Positions 58,301 through 64,000 of a stretch of DNA of 64,000 bases are shown here, piece after piece (the stretch's first letter is position 1; every line of letters starts with the position of its first letter). Where the stretch lies: NCBI GenBank assembly GCA_010093745.1, contig MU006009.1:1-64000 (forward strand). Direction: 5' to 3'. A program made the translations under genes and the position numbers. The stretch is from Piedraia hortae CBS 480.64 (Eukaryota). Under the pieces are notes generated by a model. That model did not search any database. It saw only the letters and a list, made by a program, of their open reading frames with translations, and had not been told where the DNA came from.

Positions 58301-58795
58301 ATTGTGCAAGACGCACCGGGAGCTCCGTAACATGATGGGCATGCGTCCAATCTGGATATTTTTCTGGCTAAAGCGGCCGGACGCTTTGGTGTATATGATA
58401 TCCACATGTATGGGTGCGGCATAGGTCATGTCTCGTAAGCGGCACTCGTGTGGAGTGACTTTGCTCTCTATGTTCTGTGACACTTTGCGTTCTGGTCGGC
58501 CCACTCGGATATCAGTGAACTCAATGTATTTCGTGTGGTCCTGCTCAGAGCGTATGATTCTATTTGCATGGACAATTTCTTTGATTGTATGGTCTGTGAA
58601 GTGGTCAAATGAATCCAGGTGCTGCTTGACAAGGCCCTTTACTCGCAAGAAGGCGGGAAGAAGAAGCCATTTGTCTTTGGCTGTGTTGACAGGGTCCGAA
58701 AGATGCCTGCCGTTGTGGTAAGGTTTCATCAAATCTTCCATTTCATCACGGTGTGCCGGGAGATCCCGAGATTTCGTGGCAGAAGCAGCCGACAT
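55373..58795 (-). CDS. RET1: RNA polymerase III second-largest subunit (RPC2), intronless
   Basis: KDKWLLLPAFLRVKGLVKQH, QFEKTRKVSGPRALQPSQ, GDKFSSRHGQKG, GGLRLGEMERDC. Confidence 0.96.
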   Translation of the reverse strand: MSAASATKSRDLPAHRDEMEDLMKPYHNGRHLSDPVNTAKDKWLLLPAFLRVKGLVKQHLDSFDHFTDHTIKEIVHANRIIRSEQDHTKYIEFTDIRVGRPERKVSQNIESKVTPHECRLRDMTYAAPIHVDIIYTKASGRFSQKNIQIGRMPIMLRSSRCVLHNKSENELAVLNECPIDPGGYFIARGQEKVILIQEQLSKNRILVESFRGVLQASVTSYSAAVKTKTYVVAKKGLLYLKHSSMSDDIPIVIALRGMGIQSDMSVLLLVAGNDELYQDKFLPNIEEAARLGVFTQEQALDYIASKLRPERFAAKWGGTKSPRQQALDKLAVGILPHVGVKDLDFYPKALYLAFMGRRVIMAMHSEKQLDDRDYLGNKRFELAGQMIALLFEQLFKDYCGQLKKDMDTQLKKNNPTKEFNAYDTMMMHSNFISDGLERAIATGTWNLKRFRMDRAGVTHLVSRLSYISALGMMTRISAQFEKTRKVSGPRALQPSQFGMLCTSDTPEGEQCGLVKNLALMTHITTSDPEEPVLGFIFSIGAESISQFSGSDLYSQGVYLIFLNGTPVALTRKPKQFLDRFRHLRRKGRISEFVSVYINHNHNGVHIATDEGRICRPLIIVENGRSKATAEFLTELRDGKKGFQDALKLGIVEYLDVNEENDTYIAMSEKKIRPSSTHLEIEPFTILGAVAGLIPYPHHNQSPRNTYQCAMGKQAIGAIGYNQLLRQDTLLYLMVYPQKPLVTTRAIELIKYDKLPAGQNAIVAVTSLSGYDIEDALVINKASCDRGFGRCQVFRKMMVPLKTHQNGEKERLIGPNSMMPRERKIGKDGLAEVGSKLEAGDSVVLKEVPPPDGVGWKKVAQSYSQPDPAYVDKIIRSDDDNGSRFVKATIRQTRRPEVGDKFSSRHGQKGVTGLILPQEDLPFSDQGITPDIIMNPHGFPSRMTVGKMIELLAGKAGVIHGKQEYGTAFGGSKVKHMGQALVEAGFSYSGKDFMTSGITGESYKRYIFFGPIYYQKLKHMVQDKMHARAKGPVQLLTRQPVEGRAKKGGLRLGEMERDCLIAYGTSQLLLERLMYSSDAHEVEICDVCGNMGYHNWCQTCRSSRAMAKVTIPYAAKLLIQELISMGVRATLKLEDEFPLED

Positions 58796-60797
58796 TGTTG
58801 GCGCCGGGTTCTCTCTGCGAATGGGCGCTTTTCCCTGCCTTCTAGCTGATGCCTGCGAGTGGTCAGCTCCCCAAGCCCGAGCCCATATATAAGGTTTGCG
58901 CACACCATTGCAGAACTAAAGACTTTTCAAATGCGTTGCTAGATTTTTCACCAGTCCAAAGTCCAAGAGCTTAAAACACTTTTAGGTGACAACTGCGGGA
59001 TCAGCCGCACCAGCCAATCATATCGCCTCATCACACGTTGCCTTCTTTAATAACGTCACCGATTGGTTCATCCGTCCTTTCTAATGACTCGACTGCATGA
59101 AGGCCCAGTGAGGATGATTAATACCGCATTTCTCTGTCGTGGGTTCAAAAGTTGAGGCACTCGAGGTAGCCTACTTGACCCTTGTACATGGAGCATCTTC
59201 ACAGCTTGTTGCTTGTTGCATGATAGATGACTTGATAACACGTTACAAAATCGGGGAGGACTTTTAACGATCAACTTAGCGAACCCAAGTATTTGTCCTT
59301 TAGAGAAAATGTTGGACAAGTCCCAAGTTCAATGGCTTTATGCATTAGCTGTCACTGCAAGCTAAAAAAAGAATGCCGCCGACAAGGATTCGGGGTTGCT
59401 ACAGGTTTAGGTCAGTTTAATTTGGTGTCATTCCAGACATCTTTGGTACTTTTATTGGTCAATTGCCATAGCTTATGCGCTGCAAAGCCCTTAAACCGGG
59501 TTAAGGCGGTCATAAGCAAACGGCTATGACGCAAGATGTTGCACTAACATGTGGGTGCAGGTGGCGGTGAAGCAATGCTCGCATCCACTAGTGATGCCAC
59601 CTCGTACATTCACCCAACCCAACGAGACATGCTTTCCATGAATAATTCACTATCGTACTCGTCAAGATTCGCCATGCCAAGCCAACTTGGATAGATGTAG
59701 CTGCAGTCGCTCATTCGAGTAATTGCAGTGCCTGAGCCACAACTCTGGATAAGGGGCCATTTGTCACCTTTGGATCAGAGCAGCGAGGAGATTTTAGGGC
59801 TGTTCGATGATGCACAGCGTAAAGGTGCGGACAAGGTTCTGGTGGCTTCTGCACAACTAAGGGGGATTCCAGAGGTTAAGTGTTTACTGCCTGTGGCTTA
59901 GAGTTGAAGAATAGCGACAGTATGCGGCAATCGCAGTCAAAAACAGCCCGAGAACATGGCCTCGGGGGTGTTTGAGTTGGCCCCGATTGGAGGGTTCTAC
60001 CGGCTCATACAAAGCCAAAGCTTATGTTGTGTGCTACCGACATGTCACTTTGTAGAATTATTCCGGGCAACTGGAACGGCTGAAAGTTATGGAGGCATGC
60101 CATTGTAGTCCATGTTAATCCTTAATGAGCAATCGCCCAGTGACAGCCGATGGCAACGGCCCATCAAGGCACCATCGGACCGATGCAGGCAGCCCCGAGG
60201 CACGAATCAGCGTTGCTGCTCATCGGAACTGACCGGCGAACAAAGACAGTACGCACAGACAATAGGGACCACGTGAAGGTCACGCGAGCCGCACGATGAA
60301 ATGAAGCTGAGGTGCGCAAGAGAAGCAGCGGGTGGCACAGACAGTCGTCAACAGGCATAAAACATCAGGCCGGGGCGCATGGGCTGCTTGACTGTGCACC
60401 TGTCGATCCGGCGCACAACGGGCGCGCAGACGCGTGACGCTGGGCGGCTAGAGGGAAGTCCCTGCGCCCTCATTGTTCGCCCTGCAGATGCGGGGTGGAG
60501 GGGGCCGGTTAGTAAAGCGTGAAAGCGTGATTTGGGCGGGGGGTCAACGTCAGAGACATTCAGGCACGTCTTGGCATCAACGTTAACTAACTCCGCTTTC
60601 CCTCTGCCCTTTCAGAGTAAATATCCCAACTTTCACAGCCATTGCCACATCTCGTTCTCGCCCGCTCTCGGTGTGGCTTTGTTGAGCGAAACAAACAGAC
60701 AGGCGGGCGGCAGTTTCTGAGGTGAGTTGGTGGGCCGGACGGCGGCCGTAAGTGGTGGCTGACGTGGAAAAAAAAAAAAGCCAGCGACTCAGTCGCC

Positions 60798-63783
60798 ATG
60801 GCATACCCTTTTCGCGGGCCCCAATCCCCACATGATGAGGCTTCGCGGCCAATGTTCTCCCCGCAGTGCAGCACCAGCCGGATGGGCGCTTCAGTGCTGC
60901 CCTCGGATGACGTCCGTGGGGGGTTAACGCGCCGCTTCACTACCAACGCTCTTCCGCTTGGCCAAAGGATGCCAGATTACTCAGTAAGTGTGCTGCCACT
61001 GCGGCGACTATCGATGCTGACTTGTACAGGCCATGAGCTATGCGCGGAAGCTTCCGGTAAGCACAGCGACTCCGTCTGTGACCGTGTCTGACCGTCAGGC
61101 CGATTCCCAGGCCCAACACTACGATGAATTACGCCGGAAGCAACGCGAGATCGAGGCACAGATCGAGGCGCTCGAGCGACAGCATCGGGTCGACGAGGGC
61201 TACCGACACGAGGACTCGATTGCTAAGATGATGGCTAACAGCGAGCCAGCCAGTCCTCCCGACTACGGTAGCGCCTTTCCCAGCGCCTTTCCCAGCGCCT
61301 TTTCCAAGCCAAACCGGTTTTCGACGGCCAGCATGGCATCGCACTCGGGCGTAGTGAATCGCTCAAGCCGCTCTAATACACAGCTGACGTCGCCGTCGTC
61401 TGGATACACGCGGCCCTATACGTCAGGCAACATCCACCTACCTTCGCAGTCCGTGCCTGGCTCTAGACGGCAGTCTGACGACGAGGAGGACGACGTTCTT
61501 TACAGCTACGACAACGGTGGCATGCGCCGAGCTGCAGCAAAGTGAGTGGCATCCATCTATAACGTTTCCATGCTAACCCGCGGCAGTCCAAATCGATATT
61601 CAATGCCCATTACAGGCTACGACAGAAAACGGAACACGACTTCTGACGTGTTGATGCTCGGACCCGTCAATACAACGCGGTTTCTGTTCGACGATGACGA
61701 CGATGGGAATTCATTGATGCCGTCGGCGTCGACCACGTCTCCGCGGGCGAAGAACAACCGACTCTCGCTGCAGGTCGGCCAGACTGCCGATGGCTTCCCC
61801 AAACTCATCCGGGCAGAGCACAGTGACATGGGTTCGTCGGCGGCGCTGGACCTCGCGCTCGCACAGGGCGTAGAGCCGCAGGCGCAGCTTACCGACCGTG
61901 CAACGGCTAACCGTCATCGCATTTCGCTGCCGCCCAGCGCGTTAAGCGGCAACGTTGGCATGGCGCCGCTCAACAGCATTCTGGCAAACGCCGACACCAA
62001 GTCTGCTGCAGGCAACCGGCGCTCGCTTGAGGTTAAGTTTAGTGCGGAAACGAAGCGTCCGCCGCTCCTGTCTTCTCCGCCACGAGCTGTCATTGATGAG
62101 GGCTCCAAGATGCCCTCTTCCTACTCTACCAACGACATTCCCACATTGAGAACCATCAACGGCGACTCTTCTCATGTTGCCTCGCCCAATGGCAATGATA
62201 TGAACCACGGCTCGGGTCCGACTCGGCAACAGGACATGCCTCTGTCCAAGGCCGAAGAAACCACCGCCTATTCCACCCTCCACGCCAATGCAGCTCCCTT
62301 TGGTCCGATGGCCAACGGGTCTGAGGCCCCTCCCGGCTTCAACCCGTCCATGGCAATGTATGGGCAGCCAGCCTTTTACGGCGGAGGCTATGCCATGCCA
62401 ATGCACATGCTGAACCAGAGCATGGGTGCGATGAATCTCAACGGCTATATGGGGCAGCCCCAGTGGAACGGAAACGGCTACGCCCCTTTCCCAGCTCCGT
62501 TCAGTCCTGGCCAAGCCGCCGCGGGCGCCTCTCGGTTCGGAGACGGTGTGCGGCCGAGTACGCAACAGCGTCGACACGCCCAGGAGGAGGTATTCGCCAA
62601 ATACAACACAATCAACATGGACGATCTTGCGGGTGAGGTCTACAGCCTATGCAAAGACCAGCATGGCTGCCGCTTTCTCCAGCGCAAGTTGGATGAGCGT
62701 GATGACAAGGTGACGCGCATCATCTTCAATGAGGTCAAGGACCACATCATCGAGCTCATGACAGACCCTTTTGGAAACTACCTTTGCCAGAAGCTGTTGG
62801 AAAGCGCCGACGACGAGCAACGCACTGCGTTGACGCAGAATGCGACGTCGGCCATGCCCCGTATCGCTCTGAACCAGCACGGCACGCGGGCTTTGCAGAA
62901 GATGATTGAGGTCATCACCACGCCTGAACAGGTGCAAATGGTCATCAATGCTCTGCGATTTGATGTCGTGCAGCTGATCCAAGACCTGAATGGTAACCAC
63001 GTCATTCAAAAATGCTTGAACCATCTTTCGCCGCGCGATGCCCAGTTTATCTTTGACGCTGTTGGAGACCATTGCGTTGTTGTTGGGACGCACCGTCATG
63101 GGTGTTGCGTTCTGCAGCGGTGCATCGACCACGCTTCGGGGATGCAGAAACGCAACCTCGTTGACAAGGTCATTGCAAACGCTTATTCTCTTGTACAAGA
63201 CCCTTTTGGCAACTATGTTGTTCAATACATTTTGGATCTTTCTGAGCCAACATTTACCGAGCCGCTGTGTCGCAGCTTCCTTGGCAATGTTGCATTCTTG
63301 TCCAAGCAAAAATTCAGCTCCAATGTGGTGGAGAAGTGCATTCGATGCGCCAGCGACGAAACACGACGTGCTATTGTTCAGGAAATTGTCAATCCGGCCG
63401 AACTGAACGGCCTCTTGCGGGATTCCTTTGCCAATTACGTCGTGCAAACGGCAATGGACAGCGCGGATGAGGAAAGTAAGGCCTTGCTTATGGAGAGCGT
63501 GCGTCCAATCCTACCTGGAATCCGTCAGACCCCTTATGGCCGCCGTATCCAGAGCAAGCTCAACGAATATGATGGTCGCGCATCGGGCGCAACGGGGACG
63601 CCCGCAGAGCCCATGTCGCCAATTACAACACCCGCCAATGGCGTGGTCAACGTGCCAGGCGGTCGTGGCAATAGACAGGGATTCATTGGACCACCATTGT
63701 TTGGAACATTTGCTGGCCACGGCAACTTCATGGACGCAGCCGCGTTTGGAGCCCCCGGACCGACTTATGGCGGACCCTTTTAA
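60798..63783 (+). CDS. Pumilio/PUF RNA-binding protein, Puf4/Mpt5-like (exons 60798-60983, 61030-61056, 61099-61541, 61587-63783)
   Basis: Eight PUF repeats (KDQHGCRFLQ, DPFGNYLCQ, NQHGTRALQ, DLNGNHVIQ, HRHGCCVLQ, DPFGNYVVQ, QKFSSNVVE, DSFANYVVQ). Confidence 0.93.
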
Positions 63784-64000
63784 ACATTGTACAATATTCG
63801 GCGTGACGTCGACGACGACTAAACGACGATCACGGCCATGCCGCCACGATAGATGACGCGTCCTTGTACTAAACGCCTGATGCATTTGACCTTTTTTTTT
63901 CTTCTCATTTTGGGGGTGTACAACCATCAGCATACTGGGCGTTGGTTTCCTTTGAATTGTATTCCTGATGTGTGGCGGAAAAAGGTGTGTATGTACTGTG

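Noticed and set aside
61270..61305. 12-bp tandem repeat (SAFP) in the PUF gene; similar GGSK repeats in LOC1
   Set aside because: Ordinary in-frame slippage in disordered regions.

Overview
Gene-dense window from a compact filamentous-ascomycete genome: introns are 42-59 nt with fungal branch points, intergenic gaps are short and there are several head-to-head gene pairs. Most of it is housekeeping: GH47 mannosidase, VPS68, LOC1, an EHT1/EEB1-like hydrolase, SCC4, VPS55, PRE5, a C2H2 protein, DCS1, ATP2, COG1, GPI13, RAD23, MTQ1, TAD3, ORC5, a CAP protein, an FCP1-like phosphatase, RET1/RPC2, a Pumilio protein and two intron-containing tRNAs (Val-AAC, Leu-AAG). VPS55, VPS68 and a small Cys-rich gene are missed by the ORF track and were reconstructed by hand. 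Two things stand out. (1) An ~8.4 kb accessory island at 46.8-55.1 kb: ~800-bp imperfect inverted repeats with perfect 27-bp termini enclose an internally deleted pogo/Fot1 transposase, and a third repeat copy at ~55.1 kb lies beyond decayed genes and a tandem pair of secreted Cys-rich genes, suggesting a long-TIR composite or cargo-capturing element. (2) At least six 0.5-1.1 kb islands where strand composition flips symmetrically from C/A-rich to G/T-rich regardless of gene direction, rewriting codon usage inside conserved genes. All family calls come from motif recognition; no database search or alignment program was run.
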